A DNA stretch of 62,226 bases, filler included, from Choristocarpus tenellus KU-1152 (GCA_964200185.2; 11 parts of 11 records of this genome joined end to end with filler, not necessarily neighbours in it), one strand, 5' to 3'. Positions 25,669-39,900 are shown, numbered from the whole stretch's first letter. Notes: generated by a model not told the origin, from the sequence alone. A program made the numbers and translations.

Positions 25669-25832
25669 GGGAGGGGTGAGCCCGCGTCTTCAGGGGTCTT
25701 TCTTTTTATACTTGGCGTTAGTCTGGTGTTCTNNNNNNNNNNNNNNNNNNNNNNNNNNNNNNNNNNNNNNNNNNNNTTAATTAATTAANNNNNNNNNNNN
25801 NNNNNNNNNNNNNNNNNNNNNNNNNNNNNNNN

Positions 25833-25858
25833 CCCCCCCCTCCCAGATACTTTGGGTC
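25833..25858. mobile_element. Family B terminal fragment at a contig start
   Basis: CCCCCCCCTCCCAGATACTTTGGGTC. Confidence 0.7.
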
Positions 25859-27829
25859 TCTTGCACCTCTTCTCAGATTGCTTTCTTCAACTTACAATGC
25901 TCTATCCCAGACATCTCTACCTACCCACATAAGGAAATCTACCGGACCTTTGCTTTTCCCTTAATGTTCATGGCCAAACCTCTGCATTACAGTAGTCCTG
26001 AACCTAAACACAACCTTTACTACAGTAATTCTGTCACAATCTTTCACCAGAAACTCACTTAATCCCAACCTCCTCACTCTGAATCTCTCCTGAATAGAGC
26101 CCATGCCTGACACAACCCTTGACTCTAACACAATCTTCACATAAAAAGATTAATCTTTATTCCTGTTTGCTCAACAACCCCACCCATGCCATATACATTA
26201 CGCACCTGCTAAAGGATGCGATTATGGATCAAGAAGATGGAATCAACCTTATGATGAAGTTGGGCCAGGTCATAGAAGGGACACTGAGTGAACCAGGTAC
26301 CTGTGAAATGGGATTCATAAATGTGATACAAAATAGTACTTGATACTAAGAAAATGCTGCTGTCAGGGCAATCTGACCATGGAAGGCTTCTTCTAGTGTT
26401 GAATGCACTGGCAGGAAGAGAAGTCAAATCGCCACTAGGAATTGATTCAGAGAACCTGCTTGATCTATTGAATGTCAATCTTCCCCGATATTGTCAACAT
26501 TTTCTCCTCTTCATAGGTCGGGAGAAACTCTTGTCTTAGCATATAGCAATCTGACATCATTCTGATCCTGTGGATAGGCAAGGCCATTATGACTTCCAGT
26601 GTTCAAGTAATGCAAATCGAAACCAATGGCCCTGATTTGAGAAATGAACAATCTTGCATAGAATAGACTTTACCTTGGGGGGGAAGTATACCTAGGTGTT
26701 TGTCTGGAATCCTCAATGGTATGTCTTGTATATCTGTTGCTATACCTCAATGAGAAGAGGCAATCAATTCACCCTCACTATCCTGAGTGGTTTGCAGATC
26801 TCCACACAATGTGATATGTTACTATTTGTAGACAAACGACAACTAACACAAAGCATGAGTTAATGATGTGAGCTGTGTCAATCTCTGTGCTTGACCGCAA
26901 TAAGATGGGACTGTCGCAGGAGATGATCAACACCTCCCCACCCATTTCTCAACATTTCTCACTCTATTCTGCAGCCACGAGGAATGGTTTTTGGTGGGCT
27001 GTCATGAGCACATCTTGTATCCTCCAGTGACTACCCCTCTTCGCCTTTCTGCAGTCCCCAAGTGACTTTTGTGTGTATAGCTCGTAATAATTTCATCTTA
27101 TCTTCTTTTTTTTCTTGCTTCATCTTATTCACGTGAGATCCGGGTACTCACAAAATCACCACTCCACCCACCCAAAATCCCTCTTGGACTCAAAGAAAAG
27201 CACAATAACTGTAATAAAAAAAGAAAACATCGTATCAAAATAGAGAGCAAAACGGTCAGTAGAGTCGGAGGAGGCCTCACAAGTCTGCCTGGGGAAGGCC
27301 TGGTTGTTGGAAATAGGGTCATGGAGAACATTACAAGCGAGGGGAAGGAGGTCGCACCAAGGTCTCCAGAGCCAGTACAGGTGTGATGGCCACTTGGCCA
27401 CATGTTGTGAAGCAGTCTTGAGTGGATGATAATGTCTGACATATACCTCTACTCTGTAATCACTAGGAATCGGATATTCACTGCGTCAAAAATCTTGCTC
27501 CTAAGAATTCCTGGTGGGAGTTTTCTGCCATGCAATGTGCAACTCTGCACAGTACCAATAATCTGGTGCCCACCTGCAAAAATGTCTGAATGCTAATCGC
27601 ATTCCTCCTTTGTTTACACAACTTATTTTTTACAAAAATAGCGGTTCATCCCATGGTACACCCTGCCCTTCTGCTCTTGAAGAGAGAGTAATCAAGTTAG
27701 TATGAAAAAAAAATGGACTTTCCCCGACCAACCTATTCAATCCCACCTCCCCTCCGCCCAACCATATGCTCCTTGCTATTGATATCCAAGGTGCAACAAC
27801 AGGAACGCTCAGCCAAGCCCCGACCAAGA

Positions 27830-30800
27830 AATTATAGGTTCAAGCACCTAGCCAAACAAATCATCCACAGCACTCTCCTCAGCACCAGCTCGACCAGATC
27901 CATACCCCTTACAAAGGGACTTGGAGCAAAACCAGATGCCGCTCAAGCAGTAGAAGTTGGGGATGGGAGAATAAAAAAGGACATTGGCAATTGTATCTCC
28001 TGCATTGCTACATGTGACTACATGAAGGTGGTCTATGAGAGAAAAATAGGAGCAGGGAATGGGAGAGTTTATTGCACGCAGTACAAGGGTTCCATTCAAC
28101 TTAAGAACCTGCAACATTCACACTAGCACTAAAGCAGAGAGCACCACTATTGCCCCTGAGTCAGCTGTTGCCCCTCCCACTCACCATCTTTGTTGAAAGG
28201 CAACCGCCACTGGATCCGTCAATGGGGACATAGTTGTATGGGACACCAGCGCTGGGCGTTTCACCACGGCCGTTGCTGCACTGAAGGCTCACAGTGGAAA
28301 TGAGGTATGTAGCCAATTGAAGCAAGAAACATTGGGAGATAGTGCAATAACATGACCAATATTTGAGGCTGGGAGAGAAGCGGGGTCAAGCCTTTTGAAC
28401 TCGCTCATAATTCCAGGTGCCCAGGTACTCACATCCTACTAGGCAACCCCTTCCACCACGCTTGGTCCACGGTCCCCAATGTGAAGTATCATTTTATAGT
28501 CGTGTCTTATTGGAACGGCTTTAACTATCTCCCTGTTCTACACCTCTTTTTTTTCTGATGTATGCGGTAGTATAATCCCATGGATATGATACTCTTCCAA
28601 GGCCAATCATTATTAACAAAAAATTAGTGCTCATCTTGACTCTGTTTAACGTGCTGTTTTCCAGGCCCTTGATCGTTTCCACGCATCCTCTTAGGACCCA
28701 AAGTAGACGAGAGGTATCCAGTTTTTGACTGTTTTCCATTTAAGACACTAATTAAATCTTTTGCATTTCACCCGTATTTCTATGGATGAAAAACAAAAAT
28801 TGATTTGAGAAGGTTGATTTCTCTATTGTTTAAAAAAATTCAACAGAATTAAGAAAATTCCCTACACGCACTTGTACAAAATTCCGAAATTTGCGCATGT
28901 TTGTCAGTGTCCTCAAAATGCAACCCTGGTTACCTCTCGCCTAATTTGACTCTAGTACCCTTTCACAAGGTGGTTTTCCATGTTCAACCACTTGCCCTCC
29001 CATATGGAGTTCACTGGGAGGGGACACCACTATTTCAAAAACCTCTCCGCCAATAGTAAGGGGTGATGAAGTTGTCTCATATCAGACATTGTGTTCATAA
29101 TATACTCCGAAGCTCACAAATAACATTCCTTCTGTCCTGTCACGTTACACATTTCAACTCAACATGGCCAACGGTTCCTGATAACACACTGTTGGTTACT
29201 TGATGCATTGGGTACCACAATCCTCTACCCTGTCCATATCCGTCCACACGCTCTTTAATCCTATATGCTGTGTTTCAGGTCAGCAGCCTATGCTTTCTTG
29301 GCCCCCACAAAGGTCTGGCTTCATGTGACCGTGGTGGGAAGATAGTTATCTGGCGCCTGGGATATCAAGGAGTGACAGCAGCCAACAGTGAAGGCATCAG
29401 TGATGCCAACAATAGCAGTAGAAAAGGTGATCCAGGACTTGGGGAGAACAACCAAAGTCGACCAAGACAGCACATGAGAGGGAGGATGGGAGTCACCCCA
29501 AGCTTGAACTGTGCTTGTGTGGCCACATTTTTCAACAACAATAGCAGCACTAGCAGCAATGATAATCCTCAAGTGGATAGTCAATCATCGGCTGTGAATA
29601 CACTGTCGTGGAGTAACACAGAGGAGAAGCTCTTCTCTGGTGATGTAGATGGTTTTCTCAAGGTGAGCAACACGTGGGTAGGGTAGACTGTAGAAATACC
29701 AAGATAGGTAGGAGGAAGATTTATGTTGTACATCATGATTCAATGCCCCTTTCCCATCCTTGCTGTGTATAGCAGAACTTTTGAGACTGATGCGTAAATC
29801 CTGCCCTCACTTAGCGATATTGTCGACTTGATACAAAGAAGGTCGTGTTCACAGTGGCCTGATACCTAATATCGGGAGTCACCTCGCAGAGAACAATGCT
29901 ATTGCCTTTCCCACTCATCCCAACCTTCTATCAAGGTCATTCCCACAAATTCTCATAGCACTGCTTGCGACTCCTAGGTTTGGGATGTCAAGAGTGTGTT
30001 GAGAGGATCTATTCCAAGGGAGACTTCAGGGAATGGGAGTTCATTGTCCAATCTCAAAAGCACGAAGTGCTCTGTTGGGAAGTGGTCAGGGGGTGGCAAT
30101 GGTACTAAGACATGTATTGATAGTGGTGTGGGAGACAAAGCAGCAAATATGGGAGCAGAGCAAGGGATTGAGAGACACGGGGTCAGTGGTGACAGTAGAT
30201 ATAGGAATTTGAGTGTTGTCAACCATGGAAAGCAGAAGGGTAAAGGGTCAAGAGTTGCTGGCTTCAACTCCATTGGAGTATCAGAGAAAAACGCATTTAT
30301 AACAAGGCTGGATATGGTTGATAATGAAACCATCGTCACAGATTGCCCTAGTGGGCATGGCATTATGAGGTCCTGTCAGAGTTTACTCAACAGACGTGAG
30401 GATCAATTTGATTGCAGAATAGGTACAAACCAGATCCAACGGGTGGGGCTCTGGCAGCCAGGAGAAGAGAATGGGCAGGAACTCATACGAGTGAGGGTGT
30501 TTGAAGGTCAGAATCTTGTGTTGGGCAAGTCGGCAGATCACGGCACAGAGGGTGCCCCAATTGTGGTCACAATTACAACGGACAAGGTTGTCCGTCTCTG
30601 GACTACCAAGGGAATTGCATTAGGTTCTCTAAAGCAGGTGAGATATTGCATTGTTGAGTTGGTCCACCCACTCAGTTGTTAAAATACTCCGGATTACTTA
30701 TGGTTTCTAATATTCTACACATTATTAGTCTGAGGGGTCCCAGTCCTGTTGATGAAAGATAGTGAGAAGAAAGCAATACGCAATGCCTGAGAAAGCACAA

Positions 30801-33358
30801 ATACTAAAGAACAAAGGGAGAAAGAAAAAAAGCAGTGCAAAGACAAGAAGATTGAAAAACATGTCCGCGTAGCTACAAAAGTTAACCAAGAGAAACCCAG
30901 GTGTAGTCCGCTATCACCCAGCACTTGGGATAGGACGCCGTTAGAGTCGTCACTCATTGCCAGGTCCTACGGGAAAAAGGCTCATTCTTAGGAAAACTCA
31001 GTGATTATTGGGTCCAGCAAATCAGAAACACAGCGCATCACATATCACACAAAGGAAAGGGAGACTCAAGAACAAACACTAAAAAAACAGAGAGAATATG
31101 AAAAGCAGTTGTGAGTGTGCCCTGATTTGCTTGGGCTGCCTCAGCTGCTGCTTTAGCAAGATGTACATCAACTACCATAGCTTCTCTGCCATGCCACCCG
31201 TCCATGAAGCTCAATGTACCGTCAACCACACAATTCCACTACCATGTTGCCCCTATGCTCTATCCCTCAACCATAATCCTGACCATCTCAAGGTCGTCTC
31301 ACAGGCACATCCATGAGTTGTTCTCCTGTCCATCATGATGCCATATTTTATCTGCAAGCTCCACGAAACTCAACACAACTCAGAGTCGCTCATCCCCCAT
31401 GCGTATATAGCTGATGCTATGCCTATCCTCCAATATGATCTTGATTACAGTTATATATCGGCTCAATCATAGGCTACTATGACAAATAGTAAACAGGATG
31501 AAAAGACCACTTAATTAATCAAATTTCAAACTAATCAAATGGAATGCTTTAACATCTTGTCAATGGATGGCGAGGGGTTTCCAATTGTAGTTTACTCCTC
31601 AGTATGTCACAATTCTGGAAACTTACTAATCTGTCAAATACTGAAAATGAACTGTGCACATGATACTATTGGTTAACCCTGAACATTGTTGATGCTCTTT
31701 CGCTCTTTGATAGGTCCAAACACTTTCCATTCCATATACGTTAGTGTGCTTATAATATTATCCGAGTATATTGATATGGGCATCTTTTTTTGTAGCAATG
31801 CTTGCCCTCAACTGTCTGTAGTATGCTTAATGGAAACAAAATAATTTCTGAAGCGTAGTGCAGGACTCTGGTCCCTGCCCACAAATAAAGAGATGTAAAA
31901 TAGAAGATTTGGGTCCTGAAGCTTAGTTCCTTACACCCCAACGAGCTACACCCATTCTCCATCCATTTTTGACAAATACAACATTGATCTACCTCTCTAC
32001 ATCAGTACGTGCTAAGGGTCAATTGTTTTAGGTTCATATTTTATAAAAAACTATTTTTAAAAACAGAGAGTACTCCAAAGCATAAGCTCCACAGCACATA
32101 ATGCAAAAGCGCATTACTTCTTCCTAAGCCTATCTATACCATGTAGGGAAGATTGTCAACATGTCAGCATGCCACTGGACAAGCCTTCCTTACCTTAGAG
32201 CAGTAAGGAATATTTGGCATTCCCCTTTACATCAAGGGATTCCTTTGTGAGAGCACAAAGCATGCATTGTTGCAACAAGGTACAACTATCAAGTGCATTA
32301 CTTTGTACATCCATTTCTTCTTTGAGCACAATTATTACTCAGCAGAAATAGGTGGTAAGTGGGTGAGGGAACTATAGGTGATAGAAAACAAAGTATTCGT
32401 GACCATTTTCGTGCTTAGTCCCCTTTGGGAGGGGGCTACATGTTAGGTGCAGTGATATATCCGTTTGTTCTTTAGAATGGACAATGAGAGGGGATTTGTG
32501 GTAAATGCGTATCTTCTAGTTTACCTACAACAATCTCTTGGAAATTAGTAATTCCATCAAAACAATACAATCAGACCCTTGCATGGATGTTTCCCTAATT
32601 TTTGCAGGGGAGGACCAACACTCAATATTGTACATTCTCTCATTACTGGTGCATTCTAAGTTTGGATTGAAAGGCACCTCCAGACACATTCAATGTAGCA
32701 CTTTAGCCTAGTAGGAAATCCCGCTATACATTTTCTTGATCAAATGACTACCTACTTTTGACCTCTACAAGATTGGGAACATTCAAACATTGACAGGATG
32801 TGAACCCTGCTGACCGACCAATTATTATACTCTGCCTCCCCATGCAATGTTACCTTTCACCTCTAGGAGAACTTTGTAATACCCAACCAGGAAAGTGGTG
32901 GTGGACCAGTTGATTCTTGGCGAATTCGTGTGCGAGGGAATTTTATCCGTGAAAGGGTAGAGGGGGAAAGTGCAGTCAAGAGGGCCGCACTATTCTGGGA
33001 GAAACTCAGGCTCAATCAGATTCAGTCAAAACGAAAGCAGGCTCGTATGGAGAATGCTGCGACAATCCTCCAGCCTGGTGTCAATCCTTCTACCACCAAT
33101 GACTTGGGCCAAAGTGTTGATGCCATTCCTAGAAACGCTGGTAAGGGCAATGAACAGGGGCCAACTATGGCTGGTGAACAGTCAGTAATGGTCGGAAAGG
33201 CATTGCCAATGGCATCAAAACCCCTTGCAGTAGTGGAGGTTGACAATGTGGTCGATGTGGATGAAGATGCAATAGAGGACATGGCTCCGTGCTTCACAGC
33301 CATCGAGCTTAGACCTCAGAACGACAACCCTTGGACTGCTGCAGACAATGGGACTTGA
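27830..33358 (+). CDS. WD40-repeat protein, multi-exon (5' exons uncertain)
   Basis: In-phase GT-AG exons 28200-28304 (ATGSVNGDIVVWD), 29279-29662 (LASCDRGGKIVIW; LFSGDVDGFLK), 29978-30637 (VWDV...TTDKVVRLWT) and 32867-33358. Confidence 0.75.
28695..28952 (-). mobile_element. Non-autonomous TIR element, family F (intronic)
   Basis: GACCCAAAGTAGACGAGAGGTA ... TACCTCTCGCCTAATTTGACTC, flanked by TAG/TAG; interior similar to 48557-48830. Confidence 0.75.
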
Positions 33359-34307
33359 TTGTGAACATTATATGGACCTTGGGCAGATGGAATACAAACT
33401 GTATGATGTGACGATGTCAGCATAAGACTCTACAAGAATATGCGGTCTCATCACCTCGAGGGGTAGCTGCCACTTACTTGTCATACTCTCTCGGCTAAGT
33501 TTGACTTCTCCATCATTAACAAATGCATCTCACGGGAGATTAGGAGATGGGTGATGAAGATGTGGCATCTTATAAGCAAGGCAGGGGTAGGGATATTCCA
33601 TGAACTCTAGATGATTTTACTATACAATTTGTGAAAAAAAAAGGTGCACAAGAAAATGTAGCCAACCTTATTCTCATAAAGAAGGAAGTTGCAGTCTGAG
33701 ATATGTAGTGTGGCATGTAAGTACTTCAAAACGTTTTACAGAGACCTTGCCATACTGGATGTAACCTAGACATTTTGGATGTTCTTAGTTTTTAAGGTTT
33801 AATTCTGATACTTACCAATACTACAGCACTCTAGAATTTGACTGCTGTGATTGAATGCTCGATATATCTTCTTGGGATGCGACATAGTCTTGATTTTTTG
33901 TGATTGGGGCATGCTCTGGGAAGGACTTCAACTATAAACCAGCCTAGCCAAGAAACATGCTTCAAGCAAGATGTCAAAGAGGGTGGATTCTCGAAAACTG
34001 AGGACAGAAAATGTAGCCACTCCCATTCTAAGGAAGGAACCGTCATACCAGGCCAATTTGACGCTCAATATTAGCTGAGATGTGTTTATCATAATTTGCA
34101 AGTCCCATTCACAAGATCCTTCTTCAAAGTATGACTGCGATTAATAGGCCTCACTCATGAAAGTCCAACTTATCCAAGAAAAGGCCTGTAAGAGTGGCAA
34201 AGACAAACACGTTTTTCTCCAAGTATGCTTAATCTGTTGATTTGTATTATTTTCTCAGGTACTAGTAATAGTATGAAGCTATATCCCTGCAATGCGATAT
34301 TTGCGCA

Positions 34308-34565
34308 GAGTGAAAGTATCTTAGAGGGTACGAGCTTTGCCCTCTTTGTCCAATTGGGGCTTGGCTTCCCATGGGTTTTTAAATGACTATTTCCTACTCC
34401 AAAATGTTTAGGAGGAGGTAAAACGTGTATGTTATGAAATGGTGTGTCCGAAACAAGGATATTGACACTTCCCAACAAACACAATAATCAAAATTACATC
34501 AAAATCACAACATTGAATTTGACCCCCAAATGGACGCGGCTCTACCCTCAAAGATACATTTGCTC
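34308..34565 (-). mobile_element. Family A copy 7
   Basis: 4-bp TSD CGCA. Confidence 0.92.
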
Positions 34566-35139
34566 CGCAGGTACTAGTGCAGAGACCAGGAGCAACATAG
34601 CATGCATCAAGCAGCCAAGGGCTTGCCAAACATCCATCTGCACTACCGGCCTCAAGGCATAAGCACTCATCCAATAAAATCATCTTCGTTCTGTACAGCA
34701 ATGTGCACACATCTACTAGTCCTGAAGTCGTTTCAACGTGCAGAGAAGGACAACTTGCCCCCTCGCCATCATCATCCTGTATCTCATTTTCGTTTTCTGA
34801 CAATTCGCCCCCATCATATTCACCTCACTCTTTATATTTTTGCAACATTAGCTGCATCCTTCCACTATCATGTCCCTCAGACCCTCCACCGAGCAAGGCC
34901 CTCCTTATATTTCCCCCCAAAAAGGTGTGGCATTCAGAGTACAATCGCTTCATTTCATCATTCTCATCCAGCTCCATACTATCACACTTACACTGTAGTA
35001 GAGTATAGTGCAGTGGCATCGGTTTGAGGTGAGGAATGTGTCGCCCATCTTTACTGTGCAAGGCATGGTCAAATTGGGCTTGTACAGCATACAAAGGCTG
35101 CTGCAGCCATAAACCGGGTTCTAAACACCCTTGGCATAT

Positions 35140-35198
35140 GACCCAAAGTATCTGGGGGGAGGTGGGGGTCTACACCAGAGTGTCCATTTGGACCAAAA
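35140..35198 (-). mobile_element. Family B long-spacer end, cut by the gap
   Basis: GACCCAAAGTATCT + 28 nt + GTCCATTTGG. Confidence 0.78.
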
Positions 35199-36452
35199 NN
35201 NNNNNNNNNNNNNNNNNNNNNNNNNNNNNNNNNNNNNNNNNNTTAATTAATTAANNNNNNNNNNNNNNNNNNNNNNNNNNNNNNNNNNNNNNNNNNNNGG
35301 GGGGGAACAACGGAACTGGCTCCGGTGCAATTCCTTGAGTATTCCTTGAGTACTGTTATATACGTGGTGTATAATTTTTGGACGGTATGGGAATCTAATA
35401 AGGCTGAGCACATTTTTTTTTTTGACAAGAAATCCTTGAGGTGGGTGCAAATTTTCCGCTTCCTTTTCAAGGGTCTTGTTTTAAAAAAAAATTAAATGAT
35501 TTTTGTAGATGCGGTTTGTTCCAAAATGTTTCAGTGCGATTGCTGCCTTTGTAGAGAATTTCTTACATCTCTTGGGCTCTAAACGCCTTTTGGTGTGTAT
35601 ATGTGTTGACCCCGACCTCCTTGTCTGGGCAGTCCCCCTGTGCACTATGTGAGGCTGGTCATGTCCGGACTGCTAAAGAAGGAGGTTAGTTTTGTGGAGA
35701 AGGAGTACTGGGCCCGGCGAGAGCTTGGTGCTGGGTTGTGGGAGTACTTGAGCGACGAGGCCAGGTGACTTGTCTCTCCAACAGAAATGTAACTGTCATA
35801 AGTGATGTGCTCTTTTAGTTTAATTTTGATGGATTGGGTGTTAGGGTCATGGAACAGTGTGGCGATGTAATGTATGTAGTAAATGATCTTGTCAAGGTGT
35901 TGAGATACCAGTCTATTGGTAGTAGTCTCAGGTGTCAGTCAGTCCACCTTTCATTTTATTTCCCTTGTTACTTTGGATGTGGGTTTGAGACCCCTAACTG
36001 CGTCTCAAAATGGTGTAGAGATTTGTGGGACTATCGAATTTGAACATGAGTTGTGATTTGGTTCCCCATCCCTACCGACTTCAACTTCCAATATGCAACG
36101 CTATTAATTTGCAGGTATAGTGGTATAAAGGAGAACGTTAACGGTATGCGGCAAGCCCTTTATACCACATTTTTATGTATCATGGTATAAAGGGAAGTGT
36201 TGTTTCTGTAGTACTTGAGAGGGGGAGGAAGTACAATAAATAGGTTCATTTCAAAGGGATGTGGGGGGAGAGCAAACCAGCACCAGATTTTATATTAGGA
36301 GTTTGCGCATGATTTGTGGAGGGATGGATGAAACCAATGTTTGAGAATCAAGGTGCTCATAGAGGCAGTGAAGTTGTATATTATTATATCTTACACATAT
36401 GGTACAACTTATTTTGGGTCAGGTTAGTCCAGGCTAGATTTAGGAGGATAGT

Positions 36453-36587
36453 TAAGAATGTTTAACACAACGTTATGTAGTACTATTTGTGACAATAAGA
36501 ATGTTTAACACAACGTTGTGTAGTACTATTTGTGACAATAAGAATGTTTAACACAACGTTGTGTAGTACTATTTGTGACAATAAGAA
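36453..36587. repeat. Three tandem 43-bp units
   Basis: TAAGAATGTTTAACACAACGTTRTGTAGTACTATTTGTGACAA at 36453, 36496 and 36539. Confidence 0.95.
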
Positions 36588-37313
36588 CTGAGAAATTTGA
36601 ACCTCTTTTTTTTTTGTAAATAGTATCTCTTGTTCAGTAATATCAGTCTGGGGACTAAGGAAAGTATATTGGAGTGCTCAAGATTTGTCTCTGCCCTTCA
36701 AGGGTATGTATAGCATGGTTGTGGTACTTATGTGGGCTGAGCATCTGGTCATGGGTTGAGCCTCCATTTCAAGGCTCTTGTATTGGCAACTCTGCTATCA
36801 GAAGGAATGCAAGTTGTCAACAGTAAATAATAAGTCAGCCCTACAATATTATATTTGAATTAAAATGTACAACTGCAGGTGCAGTATATTCATGTTCTGC
36901 TCAATTGCTTAACTGTTCATTTCGAAAACTGATTTTTTAAAATCATATATGTGTACCTCTTTGGTGGTAGTATTTTGCAGCATGCATGTCTCTTTTTTTT
37001 TTGTGCTTTGGGGTTGCTTCTTGCTTTTTGTATTATTTTTTCACTATTAGAGCGTACCTTATTTTTATCTTGTGTTATTTTTTCAATACTAGATAGTACC
37101 TTATTTTTATCTTGTATTGTTCTGAAACATTTAATTTATGTGTTTATATTTTGTACAACAACAGAAGTTGCAAAAACATGTGTTTCCTGTCGGTGAAGCA
37201 GCCAAGCAGAATATTCTTGCCATTCGAGAACAACCCTAACCCTAAATGCTGTATCCATCGTGTTTACCCCTGTCCCTAACCCTACTGCCTTCCCAATACT
37301 GTACTGCTCACAG

Positions 37314-37894
37314 GAGGGATGCTGTAAAAGGGGATGTGTGGAAAGGGGGAAAGCACATGAAGAGGTGGAGAAAGAAGTATGTATCTTCAAAACCCAATGG
37401 GAGCAAGGTCTTCAAGTTTTGGCATTGGCTGGTTGGGTAAATGCTTGAAGTGAATTACTGTTCCTATGATCAAATGACACATATGGTAGGAGAGACTTGA
37501 GGGGTGGACTGGGGGAGGGGGGGCACGTTTGTCACGCTGCTTCCTTTTCATTAATCCTCCAAACCACCAGCTATGTGCTGAGATGATAATGGTGTGTGGC
37601 ATGGGGACTAGCAATTGGGCCCAACTTCAACCCTTGTGATAATATCAACATTGGGTGCTGAGGGGAGGGTCTACACCATCCTGTGCTTGCATTGTGTATC
37701 TGACGTTACGTCAGAAAGATGAATCGGAGCTGTCATATGTTCTCTTTTTCTTTTCTTCAGTTGTTGTCGTTGCAGTCTTATCACTTGGGAAGGATGTAAT
37801 CGATTTTTGCCCTTCATGTATACTAGCAGTGAAGGAGTGGAAGGATAAGAGCTGTTGCTTGGCTGTTGAATCATTGAAGTCTCTTTGCCGATAG
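37314..37894 (+). other. Possible PH-domain exons (gene or pseudogene fragment)
   Basis: VKGDVWKGGKHMKRWRKKY and GKDVIDFCPSC...KDKSCCLAVE resemble PH beta-strands and are flanked by AG/GT. Confidence 0.35.
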
Positions 37895-39255
37895 CTCAAA
37901 TCCTAGCCCTATTCATGGGTGTTGAAAGGCGAAAGCATGGATCCTATTGACTTATGTGAGACTTGTGGGTCATTTCATTGGTGCAGCTGTTGCTTTTCGT
38001 ACATTGTATGTTCCCTATTATAGTGCTCAATTTAGTTGTTACTCTGTGAGTGAAATGATGTCAAGATTAGTGATAACAAAATTGAGGTAAATAGGGAGGT
38101 TTCGAGACAAGCATTACATCCTATTTGCTCAATGCTAAGTTCAAGTTATCCCATTGGTCTTACTGATGTTGCTACTACTATTTGGTGATCATCAGCAGTT
38201 GGTAGTGGAGTGTGACGTGTGACATGGTGGTGGAACTGGGTGTCATCCTCACGCAATCTGGACCTCTGTGCACTCATGTCCCCTCTGAGTGGTGAAAAGG
38301 TTAGTGGTAATAGTTGAGGGGGAGAGGGTGTTGCAAGACATACTTCTGACTCAACCTTTTTTGCTCCTTTCCACTCAATTGTGTCTGGCATGGCTCGTCA
38401 TCCTCTGGGACCTGCGAGAGCAGGGTGTTAGAGCATACGGCCCATTTCCATTACCTAAATAGGATAGAGGTGTGTGTTGTGTGTGCCCATTACCTATTGT
38501 TACCCTTTCTTTTGTGGGTTGTTCCACCAGTTGAGTTTGGGTGTTGTCATGTTTGCTGTGAGCATGACCCAAAGTTATCTTATGTGGATAAAGAGGAAAG
38601 TAGTAGGAAATGAGTAGAAATGTTAATCGATTTTAGGAATCTAGGAGTTGGTTGCTGGCGGTTGTCCTTCAGAGGTCCCTCCTTAGCTCTATCGTGTGTG
38701 ATGCCCCAGTGTGTTGCAAGGCAGAGTAGCTTTTGCAGTTGCGAGAGTTTGACTGTGTTTTCCTATATGTTTCACGTTTGCATGGTATGTATGTGCAGCA
38801 AGAACGCTGCCCCCATTGTTGGAGAGTGGTGGTACTGATTAGTAAGGTGTTGTTAGAACTACACAGAGAACGAATATAATGTTGTATTGTCATGATTTTT
38901 ATTATCATGTGTCAATAATATATTTAAATCATGGGTTTAATGATACGCACAAGTGGGTGGTGGAGATGGTGCACAGATACCGTACGTATCTACTTAATAC
39001 CACCTGACAATGATTGTTACAAGCTATTGATAGTTGTATTGGAAAGAAAGGTAAGGGTCACATAATGAGAAAATACCAAGTATATTGGGGGAGGTACTTG
39101 CTACTTTTCCAAACATAGAAGAAGAACAGAAACAGACACAGATATACCTCGCAGGTAGGTGCTTTCAGAATGATAAGGTGTGCGTTTTCAAACTCAAGTC
39201 GTTGAAACTGCCACTCTCCTCTCAGTTCATATTTTAGAGGTCTGTCAAGAGCTGT

Positions 39256-39460
39256 GAATTGAAGTAGACGAGAGGTACCCAAGTTTGCATTTCAAGGATG
39301 CTGGCAAATAGGTGCCAAATTCTGTTATTTTACAAATGTGTATAGATAGGATATTCTCCGATTGGTGTGGAAGACTTCCAAGTAATAGAGAAATCGACTC
39401 ACTCAAGTCATACTTGGTACTACGTCCATGACCTAAATATCATGCGTTTTTGTCCAAAAT
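39256..39460 (+). mobile_element. Family F, degenerate copy
   Basis: AAGTAGACGAGAGGTACCCAAGTTTGCATTTCAAGGATGCTG matches 48562-48605. Confidence 0.65.
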
Positions 39461-39575
39461 CGGGTACAGTGGAAATCTAGTTGAGTATTGGAGCCCTCCA
39501 TTACGACAACCCTGCTAAAATCGCCCTATAATATGTACTTATTCTCACCCCAATGTTGACAGGTAGAACGCTTCT

Positions 39576-39630
39576 GAGCTAAAGTATCTTAGAGGGTAGA
39601 GCCGCGTCCATTTGGGGGCCAAAATCCAAT
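39576..39630 (+). mobile_element. Family A copy 8 (cut by the gap)
   Basis: GAGCTAAAGTATCTTAGAGGGTAGAGCCGCGTCCATTTGGGG. Confidence 0.88.
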
Positions 39631-39766
39631 NNNNNNNNNNNNNNNNNNNNNNNNNNNNNNNNNNNNNNNNNNNNTTAATTAATTAANNNNNNNNNNNNNN
39701 NNNNNNNNNNNNNNNNNNNNNNNNNNNNNNCTTTACAACACCATGATTCCTCTTCCTTCGTAGTCT

Positions 39767-39900
39767 ATGTATCATATACAATGCATTCGATTCAGGTTTC
39801 AACAAAAGTTTGATGGAGCAGTGGGATTACTGAAAAAATCCCTGTATGGGATAGTCCAGAAGTGGCATGGATTCCAGGCGAACCTAAATTGCATTCATCC
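39767..39900 (+). pseudogene. Copia RT fragment
   Basis: GAVGLLKKSLYGIVQ. Confidence 0.6.

Noticed and set aside
25664-25732. Exact ~69-bp duplicate of 25214-25282 as a DIRS split repeat
   Set aside because: It begins in a poly-C run, ends at the gap and is identical within an otherwise decayed element; most likely a mis-join.
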